Both the position numbers and the translations under genes were made by a program. Shown here piece by piece: positions 15,701 to 28,100 of a stretch of 64,000 nt of DNA. Position 1 is the stretch's first letter, and the number at the start of each line of letters is the position of its first letter. The notes under the pieces are model-generated. The model was given only the letters and a program-made list of their open reading frames with translations. It did no database searches and was not told the origin of the DNA. The DNA is from Tubiluchus corallicola (lineage: Eukaryota > Animalia > Priapulida): assembly GCA_030141605.1 (NCBI GenBank), contig JAQGDQ010000002.1, positions 124,001-188,000 of the forward strand, read 5' to 3'.

Positions 15701-18700
15701 CACTGACTGACAATCGAGCTGCTTTACATGATGTAAAAGATCCTCCTTTAAGCTGAGTCACAGTTGCGATACTGCTGTGGTAAGATTGGACGTAGGATTA
15801 CAAACACAGACTGTGCCTGTTAATGTGAAAGCTGAGTAATTATTATGATATGTGTGTATTTTGCTAATTTTTTTCCCATTGTAGGTGGACATTGGTCAAG
15901 GTATAATGCCCCCTGGCCACTATGTCCAGCGAAGTGGAGGACTATTCCCTGCTCCTCTTCCTCAGGACTCATTTCTTTGTGAACGTACTACTCATCTCTT
16001 TCATTTTGTTGGGTCATTTCTAGCAAAATGTCTACAGGTAATTCATGAATTCTTTCAAATTTTCTGTGAATACTTATGCTTGTCATAATTATTCATAAAT
16101 AATAATAATTTTCCGTAGAGTCATGATTAGTTAGTGTAATTTTGATTGCGACATTGTTCTATTTTTGGAACAGTATTTTTAATTCTGAACTGATTTTCCA
16201 GGATACAAGATTAGTAGACCTTCCATTGTCCCATCCGTTTCTCAAGTTGATGTGCTTGGACAGTGAAGGGCGCACTGTAACAGAGCAATATCGTGATGTG
16301 GAATCGCCGATGAGTCAGAGTTTGCTTATGGCATCCACTGGAAGCAGTGAACTTATTACTAGTCAAGTAAGTCAAATTTTTTTTCTAAATCATGTAAATT
16401 GCATGCACTGTCATAGAGGTGACTAGGAGTTTGCAACACACTGAGTAAAACATATTTCGTCATTGTACGTCTAATAGTAGTAGATTTCAATACCTTAAAA
16501 AGACTTGAAACACCACAACACTAGAGGTTATGCGTGTAGCCTTTATATCAAAAGATGTAGCATTTTGTGCAATGGGTTAATAAATTTGATTGCTATAAAT
16601 ATAAGTGTTTCTAAAAATTAAAAGTTCAAATATTGTTTTTTTATAGGAAATGGATAAAGAATTGATCTTAGATCCTCCAAAGCAGAAGAAACCCGCATGG
16701 TTCCATGGTTTGTTGACACATGAAGACTTTGAAATCATCAACCCGCATCGTGCAAAATTCATTGCCACTTTACAGGAACTCGCTGATAAAAAATGGGCAA
16801 TTCTTAACAACCGTGCATTGAGTGAAGAACACAAGCACAATGAGATTCAGTGTCTCGGTTTAGACATTGTCCAAGGTGGACCATCAATGCGGTTAGAGGA
16901 CTTGGAATTGACTTTTAGGTTTAATCCGTCATCAAAGGTGTACGGATTTAGTCATTATGATTTAAAGCCCGATGGTGAACATGAATTAGTCACTATAGAT
17001 AATGTGGAAGAATATATTGAATTAGTAACTGACTTCTGCTTGCATACAGGTATCAGAGCTCAGATGGAAGCATTCAGAGGTACACAAGTTTCTTTTGTAT
17101 CTACAATAAGTTACACATAGTTATACTTCATAAGTATGTGTGATTGAAGTTATTTTGTATTTGCCCTTGTAAGTAATTTGATTTTAATTTTTGAATGTAT
17201 ACTGTGGCTGATATACCACTTGGGAGGAATTAAATATCTAGGGGCCCCCAGAAACCAATGCAGCACTATAAATACAGCTTATTTAATCTCAAGCTATCTA
17301 TTCTGCTTCTCATAAGTCATACAAACCTTTGAGTTCATATACAACTGTGTAAAATTTTCTCTTTACATATTATCTGCAGTACTGATAAAGTGTCTGCTGC
17401 TTGATTTGACTATCAGTTTATTGTGTTAGTTTAATAGGCATCGTTCAATGTCACTGTTAACTTCTAGCATCTTGTTGTTGACTTGTTGGTTGTTATTTGT
17501 TACTTATTCGTTATTCAGGCATATTATATTCTAATTAAAATATCTTGCATTTTTACTTTATAGCAACTCTTTTCTCGTCTAGTCATTATGTGTGTGTTTT
17601 TAAGCTTGTGCTATAAATCTATTTTTTGTATTATTAGCTGGATTCAATGAAGTGTTTCCTATTGAGAAGCTCCAGTCATTCACGCCTGGTGAAGTGCAGA
17701 TGATGCTGTGCGGTGATCAAGCACCAATGTGGTCTCGCGAAGACATACTTTTGTACACAGAACCAAAACTAGGATATACACGAGAAAGGTATTCATAACA
17801 AAGTTTTTTCGAGTTGTAGGACAAACCTCTTGAATGTTTCAATGCAAAACCTTGCAAACCCTATACTAGCTAAGGCCACTCAAGGTAAATGGTTAACAAA
17901 AGAAAATTAGAATGTGCATACAGATAAAAAATACAATTATTATTAATTTACTAGTGTTAGGAAGTGTTTGTCGATGCTTGTCTTGAAGCAAAGTATCAAT
18001 TTAATATTTCAGTATTGTTGGATTATGTATTTTGCACTTTGCATGGTTTAGTTTCACACCCGCAATCTATATAGCATGACTAGTGATTGCTAACAATTAT
18101 ATATTTTACTACATTTTGTTACCCTTTCTGTGTAAATTTTTGCACTCTTTCAGTTCATATTTAATTTGACCAAGTTTCCTACATTGAATATAAATAAAAC
18201 CTTTATTTATTTTTGTGCCCTTGCTTTTGTGTTACTACAATTTATTATTAATATTATTTAAATTGGGAGTGGCTCGACTTTTTTGTTACCCCATCTCCGT
18301 ATCTATATTACATTAAAACTGCATATATTGTAGTATAAGATGATCATTAGACTGACACAAATGAATGAATTGAATTGAAAGTAATTGCCAGGAGAGCGTT
18401 TTTTTGGTAAATAATACCTCAAATACACAAACTTGGGGAAAAAACAGATCAGCTGTTGTTTTGCATCAAGGAATATCCAAAATAAGGCAGAAAATTAGAA
18501 ATGCAGGAAGCAGCACAAAAAGGAGTATTTGCAGCGAACTGTAGGAGTATGGGAATTAATGCAGAGATTATGGGGGATGTTCTGTAAAAATAGTGAAGCT
18601 TAAACAGGCTTAATGTTGCAACATATCTTTCATGTATTCAAAACAAAATTTTTTTTGATTACTAGTAGTGGTAGCATGCATATTTGTGTGTGTGTTACTC

Positions 18701-19005
18701 AGAGATGTTTTTGTTTTATTAGCCCTGGATTCCAGAAGTTTGTTAATGTTCTGTGTAAGATGAGTGGAGATGAGAGAAAAGCATTTCTACAATTCACCAC
18801 TGGATGTTCTTCTCTGCCACCAGGGGGCTTAGCAAATCTCTATCCTCGGTTATCCATTGTACGAAAAGTTGAGAGTAATGACGGTAGCTACCCGTCTGTA
18901 AACACTTGCCTTCATTATTTAAAACTACCAGACTATTCCACAGAAGACATTCTGCGAGAGAAACTATTGGCGGCTACAGCAGAAAAAGGATTCCATCTTG
19001 CATAA
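799..19005 (+). CDS. HECTD1: E3 ubiquitin-protein ligase HECTD1, 5'-partial, 24 exons in window
   Basis: Frame-consistent GT-AG exons: 799-1045, 1831-1970, 2352-2675, 4757-4923, 5042-5218, 5870-6022, 6601-6776 (or 6764), 6985-7141, 7330-7764, 7971-8112, 8429-8582, 9403-9559, 10609-10697, 11346-11476, 11875-11926, 12414-12591, 13140-13350, 14096-14291, 14887-15024, 15885-16037, 16202-16366, 16647-17079, 17638-17788, 18723-19005 (TAA). Motifs: SUN-like domain ([39 protein letters not shown]), MIB/HERC2 ([17 protein letters not shown]...[25 protein letters not shown]), acidic tract, [35 protein letters not shown] domain ([13 protein letters not shown]...[16 protein letters not shown]...GFHLA). 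Confidence 0.97.
3380..4732 (+). mobile_element. Degenerate Tigger/pogo-like DNA transposon in a HECTD1 intron
   Basis: TIRs CAGTAATCGCCACTTAATAGACT and AGTTTATTAAGCGGCGACTACTG, TA on both flanks, subterminal repeats cgcttaattgactca. Internal relic 3998-4210 ([20 protein letters not shown]) matches the pogo/Tigger NxDETGL DDE motif. Confidence 0.88.
6474..6529. repeat. 28-bp tandem duplication
   Basis: ggatttgattgttttagagaaagatgtt occurs twice. Confidence 0.85.
15431..15549 (+). repeat. Dispersed short element with internal degenerate TTAGGG array, copy 1
   Basis: aagtttactattccccacacacaaattagtt...ttagggttaggg...gggtatttaaatt; flanks shared with the copies at 28907 and 59736. Confidence 0.75.
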
Positions 19006-20644
19006 CTGATGTTTTTTGGTTTAGGTCATCTTTATTGTATCAATGTTGTGTGCTGAAATCAGAGCTGCGTAGTGCATATGCTACTGATTTCATTTATAGT
19101 ACTGCGTAACTGTAATTCTACATCGTATGAAATGTAAGTTTGTTTCTGGTTAAAAAACATTGATACGGCAAAATTGAATGCCTAGCTCAGCATGTCGGCA
19201 AATGTGGATGTGTAGGTCAGTTTGAAGTGTTCAAGGTATTGTAGGTGACTTTGTTGTGGCATACAGTGTTTTTGTACAAAATTACAGAAAATAAGCTAGG
19301 GAAAAAACAGTACAAAATATTTGTAAATATATATAAACATATATGTGCTATTGTGATAATTATTATGTGAGCATATAACTGTGCTTTGAAGTATGTTCAT
19401 TTTTGATGCCTTTTGCTTTGTGTAGCATTGGCTAAAATTTAAAGGTATAAAACAAAATAATTGTTGTATTAATGTGCTTTAAAAGGTCAATAGTAGAAAG
19501 GTTCCTGGAGGATTTCTTGCATTGCTTATTTTTGAAACTGATATAGAGCAGCCATTGTCTTAGTTCAAGTCGTCTGTTGCTATATAACTGTTATATTGTT
19601 GTTTGGTAATGTTAAAAATTTCTTTGCTTAACTTTGTGTAATACCAGCAAATTTGCAGCTTATCTGCTGTATTCACGTGTTTTCGGTGTATTTCAGCCAC
19701 TAATGCCACGAAAATCGTTTAGCGATGAAATTATGCTGATTAAGAATGTGAATGTCCCAAAGATTATAATTTTGTGCTTATTTGAACGTATCAATGTCCT
19801 CATTGGTAGTGTTTTGCCTATGAAAGTTTTTTGTTGATCTATCGTACTGGTTATCCATTTATTGTTGTTGTTCTTCACAAGTCAGATTTTGTTTTATCAT
19901 TCTTTTTACAAAATCATTCATGAATTAGATTGTGTTGTATATTTTACTCAGTCACCTTGAAAGTTATATTATTTCTTAAGCGGTGTTGCTATATCTAGCT
20001 AGAGAATCTTCAAATTAGATCAGAAATCTTTCGCTGAGTTTTTCAAGAGTGCGAGTTTTTTTAAATCTGTGGGTAAGGAAATAATAATAGTAATGACAAA
20101 ATAATGTGTGGCGACGTGTGTAAATGCTGTTACTGTCACAGGCACGGAATATTGTCTACATGTCACATTGCCTTATTGGCATTTATGCACTGTATTGTAT
20201 TTGTGCAGAACGTACATATTTGGTGTGTTTGCTTATGCCCTCATGATTCAGACAGCAACAAAAGCTTAAATTCAATATTTGCTAATTCTGCTTTATAAAA
20301 CAGTTCCACACGGCTTGTGACATGATTTAGAAATGTGTGCTGCATAGATTGAAACCACACTGGTAGGCACATTGGCTATGTTAAAATTGCATCCACATCA
20401 TCTTTGTAAAAATTGCTGATACGAAATGCATTTTCAATGCGTTTATATTTTATTTGCAACGTATTCAACGTTAGCAATTTGTTTGGGTTCAATTGTGAAA
20501 TTATGTCTACTGTTCTGAAATTATTTTCATCTGCTATGGAAGCATTTAATTTTAGAATTAAATGTTTATTTTTTCAAATTTACTTAGCCAGGTTGAAATA
20601 AGCAGTTTGTAGGAACCTTTCACAATTTGGAGCTTAACAGTTTC

Positions 20645-20650
20645 AATAAA
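20645..20650 (+). promoter_or_regulatory. Candidate poly(A) signal of HECTD1 (about 1.6 kb 3' UTR)
   Basis: AATAAA followed by a T/GT-rich tract (ttgcatctttgttttgcttg), near where the T-rich 3' UTR-like composition ends. Confidence 0.5.
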
Positions 20651-21444
20651 ATTGTGTTCAAAACTAGTTGCATCTTTGTTTTGCTTGACATTTTGGCATA
20701 CCTACTCGCAAAAATTTTTTTGCTTACATGATACTTTTGACCTATCACATGCTTCTAAAAGGTATTACTTATACACGTACTAGGGAACTTTGCAAACAAC
20801 AAAGAATCATTCATGTTCTTACCGCAAGGGTAAAAGAAGACACAGTTTCCAAATTTCCCTGAATTTTGATATCTTGAATGTCAACTTGTAAGGACCCACA
20901 ACCAGACCTTGCATTGGTTGCTACTATTATTGTTAGTGAAGTAAACAGCAAAAACAGGAAGACTGATGGTGTACACTTATGATTGTCAGTTCACAAATCA
21001 AATTTTAACAGATGATCCTAAAAATTAGAAATGTTTTTTAAAGCACGTACATAAACAAAAACATTATCGATGCACAACACTGGTGTTAAAAACCTTAGTA
21101 ACAGCTTAAATGAATTATTTCCAAATTTAGTCTGATCATCAAAGTTGGGATCACAAAATAATTTGCAGTTTAGTGAGCCATTTACAAGTGTATTGGGGCC
21201 TACTAAAACAATACAATTTATAAAAATCCATTGAATATAATGGCCAAACGAAAGTGTTATACTATATGCCTATATGATTTCTATTACTTGACTGCCAATT
21301 TTGATCAAAATTAGCTAATCTATAAAGACGCTTTGAGACATGTTATAGGTCTCATAGTTCAAACTATAGCCCTATATTCCACTAGTCAATTTATACCAGT
21401 CATCTATAAGTCTTTTCCTGCTTATACAAGTTGACACTCTAAAC

Positions 21445-21942
21445 CAGTGGTTCCCAACCTTTTTTTGACGTTGACCCCTTTCCAGAACCCTGCATCGAAT
21501 CGCAACCACACGAACAACATAATCTTATGTTATACATCATTATTGTTCGCATTTATTAATTTTAACTTACTATTCAACAAATTATTGAACAATGAGTGAC
21601 TGTTTCATTAATTCATTCATGTGAGGTTGCACCTGTTTCTCAGCGACCAATGCAATAGGTATTTAAGGAGATCCGACGTAAAATGAATAGCCCACACGCT
21701 TTTGGGTGGTGTGCACTGTACAGAACAACTCACATTTCCATTTTCCCGGAAAATGAAGCACTGGTATTCCGCATTTAGAGCGGGAAAACCTTGTTCTTTC
21801 TAGAACAAAATGTATAATGAGCGACTGAGGAAAGAAGACCTACTTACATACTTTTCATGAAAAGAGCATTTTTAAAAATAGTTAAGGACTAGCCAGTGAG
21901 CCCACGGAAAGTGCTTTGTGAACCCAAGGTTGGGAATCCATG
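21445..21942. mobile_element. Non-autonomous hAT (Charlie-like) element
   Basis: TIRs CAGTGGTTCCCAACCTT and AAGGTTGGGAATCCATG, with a perfect 8-bp TSD CTCTAAAC at 21437-21444 and 21943-21950. Confidence 0.9.
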
Positions 21943-22149
21943 CTCTAAACTCTATTGTTTAGCAAGAAAACACAGAACGTTGACACAATAAAACAACATT
22001 ACCATCTTGCCCCCACAAATTTGTCCTGTAATATACCAGACTAAAAATCTCTTTCTCGAATTTAACCATAAAACATCATAACACAAATTAAGACCAACAA
22101 TTATTTTACAAAAAATTTCACACATGAAGTGGTAGTAGCAGCTTCGAAG

Positions 22150-22179
22150 TTAAAGGTTACTCCCGGCAACTCGAGCTCG
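22150..22179 (-). CDS. CAT: Catalase last coding exon encoding RARVAGSNL* (PTS1-like SNL)
   Basis: Strong acceptor ttattttattttcag, phase-0 join to the TCA|GTGAGT donor at 24542/24541, and it ends AGT AAC CTT TAA. SNL resembles known catalase targeting variants such as human KANL. Confidence 0.85.
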   Translation of the reverse strand, partial: RARVAGSNL

Positions 22180-25100
22180 CTGAAAATAAAATAAATAAAC
22201 ATTTTAAAGTACAGTGCTGAGAAAATGTATAATAGATATAACAATGCAATAGTATTTTGAACTCTCACAATATACAGAGACAAAAATGAAAAGAATGGTT
22301 CTGGCATCAAGTTTTACAAGAATCACAAGACTAAGTCAAGTCAATGATAGTAGTAGCTGAATTTTAGTTATAACCACATTAATTTAATTCTTGCACAAAG
22401 ATAACAATTATTATTGAATTAAATAAAACTGACTGACAATCAGATGGTTTGGGTTCAATTTCGAGGTCGAGAATAATGTAACTCATATTTCGTTCTAGAG
22501 CTATGTTATTACACCAGAGAGTAATGCCATAAAAATCCATTAGTTAAAAGGTGTTGCCTCACTGAAGTCGATTAAAGAGCAATTAACAAATAATGAACAA
22601 ACGAATTACTTTCTGGAATAATTTTTCTCTTCACAGTTTACTGATAACTAGTAACAATTTATTTACTCTGAGCAGCTTAGCTTTTACAAAAAAACACATG
22701 AATAATACATCATACCACCACCTCATGCTTATCAACATTGGCTAAAACGGTGAGCAGTGTCAAAATTTTCAGGTGCAGTTAAACAAGTACCAAAGAGGAC
22801 AAAGCAAATTTATGTCACCACTCCTACTGAAAGATGCCAAGATTTTGCCACTAAATTAATAATAACATGTTGGCTGTAGACAATCAAAAAGACGGACAAT
22901 ACTGTAATGTTATTGTCGACATTTAAATAAAAACAAGCAGCAGTTTTTCATACAATGTAACACGAATCAATTATAGCAGTTTGTACACAATTTTGTAGAC
23001 TAGCTAGAAATGACACAATTAAACACTGTTGTAATTTGTTAATTCGGATTTTATTCTCATTTTTCACTTTCGTTAAACTGTACTTTTTTAACCGCCCTCA
23101 AGCTACTTCACTAGTCACCACACTCCAGCTTTGGCAAGCGATTACATGTTCTTACATGCTCTAACTTAAGCTTAGTCTAATTTAATCATTGCAACCAGCA
23201 AGAAGCACATTTAGCGAGAGCGTATCTACAAAGGATTCACAAAGAAAAAATAAGTAAAGAAACGAATGGCACTCTAGTAATAATCTGTCTAAACAGTGCT
23301 GGATTGGGGCCATAGTGCACGAGTCTATGATGTGCAGGACATTTAGGGATGCTTTATTAGAATTGCTTACTAGAGCAGCAGGCAGTAGCAACATTCTCTG
23401 CTTTGCTCAGCACTAAGCAAACTGCAACAAATTCATAATAACACGATCAGCAAAAGTTGCAAAACAAACTGGTAAGCAAAAGTGCATGAGGCCAGAAGCA
23501 ATTTAATAACAATAAGCGAAATAATACATAAAACACAGGGATTAACAAAGGGCGCACGATGCACATCAGAAATTACAAGATATTTTATTGTTTTAGTATT
23601 ATTAAATATAAAGAAATGCGAAATTACAGCTTGATAACAATTGGTTAAACAACTTTTTCCTTGAGCAATTCTTCATTTGTCAAAAGTTGTGTCCATAAAC
23701 AAATGGCTTTGAGCACCCCCATTAATTACCATTCATTGATTGTTGGCGTCAGCAATCACAGGTACAAAACTTATAAGAAAACTTGAGTTTACAGTTTCAC
23801 CAATATTCTTTTAGCAACATACGTATACAGTAAAGTGCTTCGAGTGAAGTTTTAGACAAATTACGCAACAAGCAGTAACAACTGCTGTGAAGTGAAGATA
23901 AAGTTTTTGAATACGAACAAATACTCATACACAGGAATAATGACGTTCTTGCACCAGGTCCTTCATATTGTTCTCCTGTCTCTATATTTAACAGTCTACT
24001 TTTAAAACTATTATATCACAAATAATGGATATATATTATTTAATTAACGCTCGATTTGATGCTAGCACAAAACTGCTAAAATGAGGTACGTGCACCATGC
24101 TATGGTCCAACAATCATTGAGCTAACTATATTACAGTATTCAGGTAAGTATAGTGTTGCGTTAATGTTTACATATAAACGCTGAGTGTTTTGAAAGCATT
24201 TTTAAACTTAGATAACTATTAAATCTACTGTTTAGCAAACATTTGGATAAAGTAATCAGTTATACTTGCACCTCACACACAATATTAGATATGATATTAA
24301 ATATAGTTAAAAAACTCATATCAAAGTAGTTCTTAAACATACGAATCTTAAAAAAGAGAACACTTACACAAGCTAAAGACAAAATTTGTATATTTTTTAT
24401 GTTCATAAAAAGTTTTAAAAATTTCATGTCAAACATCTAATAGCAGACAAGTATGAGACGGGCTTTACTAAACCTTATGCCACTCTGCATCTTGCAAGTA
24501 TCATTACATATATCAGCAGATTTCCCTCAAAATGCACTCACTGATTTGTATTTGTCAAGAGCCTCTTGCAAACGGCGTCCATATTCCTTGTCACACTGGG
24601 TGAAGTTGTATACCGCCCTCTTTTGAATAAATTCCTGTGCATCCTTTAGATGTCCGGCCATGTTCATAATAAGATGTTCCTTGTCAGACTCGCTTAGTAC
24701 CTGAAAAACAGCATAATGAGGCAACAACATAACTGATACTTGGTTGTCAATCCTAGGACAGTTTTCATTACAGTAGTCGCCACTTAACAAAACCAAGGAT
24801 AAAAAAACCAGTGCACCGTTTAATAAGACCACATTTTCAGTAATAGGCAACAAAAGTAATAACAAAATGGTAATAGGACACAAAAGCAATAGCAAAATGA
24901 AAAAATTAAAATGTATTTTTGGTAGTTTTTTTTCAAGATATTCAATTGAAATTTAAGTCCCATTTCCTACGTTCGCCTCTTCTTAGTCTAAGTCACACTG
25001 AAAGTTGAAGTTGAATGGCTGGTCATAACTGCTCTGTATGTACAGCTACTAGACTTCAGTCTGTTGAATCACGCTATAATGGAAGTGAGCTGACTGAACT

Positions 25101-28100
25101 ATGTTTAATTGTCTGCATGAGCTTGTAAGCAAAGTTTTCGTAGATAATGTGCTAAATTACGTCAGGCAAACAGAAACGCACGCAGCTAGATGCAGAAAAG
25201 GAAATCTTAGAATTGTTAGATAAATTTAAAGGACTGCAATCAAACTATAATTGATTGTCGAACAACCTACAACTGATATAAGGTAGCACTGGAAACAAGG
25301 TGAAAATATTTTTTCTGTTTCTAAACTAACACAGAAGAAAATTATATACAATTTTCGAAATTTAGAAAAACCATGACGCTTTGTTAAAACATGAAGGTTT
25401 AGTGACTTTTCAAGAAAAGCCACATTGCTAGAGCAAGTACTTTATCGTGGCAACTAATGCTAAAAACATAATTTGCAAATTCCTAAATAAAACAAAGTTT
25501 TTTTAGGTTCTGATTGTGAAATAGTTTATCACAAAACATGTGAAAGCTACTCAGTTCCTACAAATTATATACCTTTCTCCAAAAATCTCCAACTTGGCTG
25601 AAGTTGTCGTCATCATCAGTTCTGTAGCGTTTGACATCACCACTCACTGGGAAAGTATGTTCCAAATAGGTGGGGTCATGGTCAGGACCCATAAAGCTGT
25701 TAGGGAAATAGTTTGGAGCACCCTCTGTTGAGTAAAAGTAAGAATTTCCAAGTCAGCATTTTAAATTAGACTTCAAACTAAACTGCAAAATAATAAAAGC
25801 ATAAAGCATAACAAAGTAAAAGTCTTTGTTTATAGAGTGTCAGTTTGATTAAGAAATTTTAGTAAATTGTGCTTACGTGGTTATGTGGTTAGGAAACTTT
25901 TACAAAACCAGGTAAAAAAGCAGTGTTATAGATCACTGCATTTTTTCGTTTTCGTCCATTTTTCATTTTTGAATCATCATTTCAAATTTTAACTATCTAT
26001 ACTGTTTATATACCTTGGTTGTCATCAACACACTGTGGGCCATCACGCTGATAATTCCGGGCAGCAACACGGTAAGGACAGTTGACGGGAATTTGAGTGT
26101 AGTTAGTTCCCAAGCGATGTCGATGCGTGTCAGAATATGAATAAAGACGACCCTAAAAGACAAATTATGTTATTAACTTAAAGCACAAGAAAACCCTTTC
26201 CTACATAAAGTTAAAAAATTTGATTGTCTTGAGATTTTGTGTTAGCTACATACTGCCTTATTGCACACAGAGATTGTATTACTGGTAATGCTGCATCAAA
26301 CTTGAAAATTTAAACTCCCACGATCACTTTTAGGTGCACCCACTTTGAGGGTAGCTCATATGAAACGAGTGTAGATAAAAAGTTTCAAAAAATAATCAGA
26401 ACACTTATAGCACAAAAGTTTCACTAAATAAGCAAAAGTATAAATTACTGCATGCTGCAAATAAGATTAAAGACACGTTTTTGGTGAGTCAGAAGTGCCC
26501 ACTGGGAAAGTAAGTCAGGAACATTTTACCAGTTGGTATGAACATTTTAAATTACTAAGAATTTTCTTTTCAAGCTACTAAGTCTTTCAAACAAGTATAA
26601 GTAGTGCTAAAACTAAAAAACATGAGCTTTCAATGTAAGTATTGGTTGCACTGTTCTATCATCCTTCAAGGTCACATAATTAGAACAGCAGTCATAAGCA
26701 TCCGCAACTGAATGCTTATGTTCAGACTGTGCCGCATCAAGATCTATTTCAACTAAAAAATACAAGCTTTCAATGTAAGTATCGGTTGTACTGTTCTTTC
26801 GTCCTTCAGTGTCACATAGTTAGAACAGCAATCATAAGCATCTACAGAATGTAGCCAGTTATGCAAACACATTAAGTAAACATTTGAACTAGTGATACCA
26901 CCTGACCAACACTGTAACATGAGCAAACAATTCTATTGAACAACAAGAGCTGTTTAAAACTCTCTTGGTCAACAGGCACAGCCAGTAACAATATATAGCA
27001 GATAGAAACGGCAAACATCAGTTCAGGTGTACTCTGTACGGTTCATTCATACAGGTGCACACTGCACAGCTGCCTGTCAAACAGCCACTTACCTGTAACA
27101 TCTTGTCTGGACTGGCCTCAATACCAGGTACCATGTGAGCCGGTGCAAATGCTGACTGTTCAACTTCTGCAAAATAGTTCTTCGGATTACGATTAAGCAC
27201 CATCCGTCCCACGGCTTGTAGGGGAAAGTCTCCATGAGGCCACACCTGTCAACAAATTTAATTAAGATAGTCCAAGGACAAAACTAAATATATAAATAGC
27301 CGTATAATCACAAATGTTATACTAGTTTCTAGGTTACAGTTAATACCTGACAGCAACATGTTAGATCAAAAATCTTCACCAGGTACTTAGGATAGGCTTA
27401 CCATTATCAAATATCATTGAACAACTTGGAATGAATGAATGAACTGCTAATTATAAGTATTTTTTGATACATAGTAAACTGTATTTCCTCGTGTCAATTG
27501 TCTGCACGTAACTGAATTACTAAAAGTTTTTTGATTGGTAGATTCTAACTATTTCTATTAGTTATATCTTATAACTTGTTTTATCCCACAACATAAAAAT
27601 AAAATTTTCATTATTATTATTATTATTTATTAATAAGTCAATTGTGTAGAAACAATGAGAAAGAACTGCAATACTCACTTTTGTCAAATCAAATGGATTA
27701 AACTTCCAATTTTCTGCCTGGTCGAATGTCATGGTTTGAATATAGAGAGTCCAGGAAGGAAAGTTGCCATCTTGTATTGCATTGTACAAATCTCGAGTAG
27801 CGTAGTCTGGATCAGTCATCGATAGTTCAGCTGCCTGATGACCAGTTAAGTTCTTTATTCCTTGGTCAGTCTAGAATGTATAAGGTCATTATAATCTAAC
27901 AATAATAACACTAGAAGTCAGAATTTGGATTTATACAAAACTATGAAAAAAGGTGTTTATATATAAGAAACAACCAATATTTTGTGATCAGTAAATCACC
28001 CAATAACTGTACCTTGAAGTGGAATTTGCAGTATACAGCTTCGTCATTCGCATTAATGAGTTTAAAAGTGTGACTGCCATAGCCATTCATATGACGGTAG

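Noticed and set aside
22101-22310. 69-aa ORF on - from the ORF track
   Set aside because: It is an off-frame reading of intron plus the catalase terminal exon, whose real frame is RARVAGSNL*.
22430-22590. tRNA gene (B-box-like GGGTTCAATTTC; similar motifs near 33345 and 58175)
   Set aside because: No cloverleaf can be formed; these are at best decayed SINE heads.
24430-24529. Stop-codon readthrough of the catalase VSAF-TGA giving a cryptic PTS1
   Set aside because: The context is TGA-G, not TGA-CTA, and the extension would end ...LILVCY*, which is not a PTS1. The spliced SNL exon explains targeting better.
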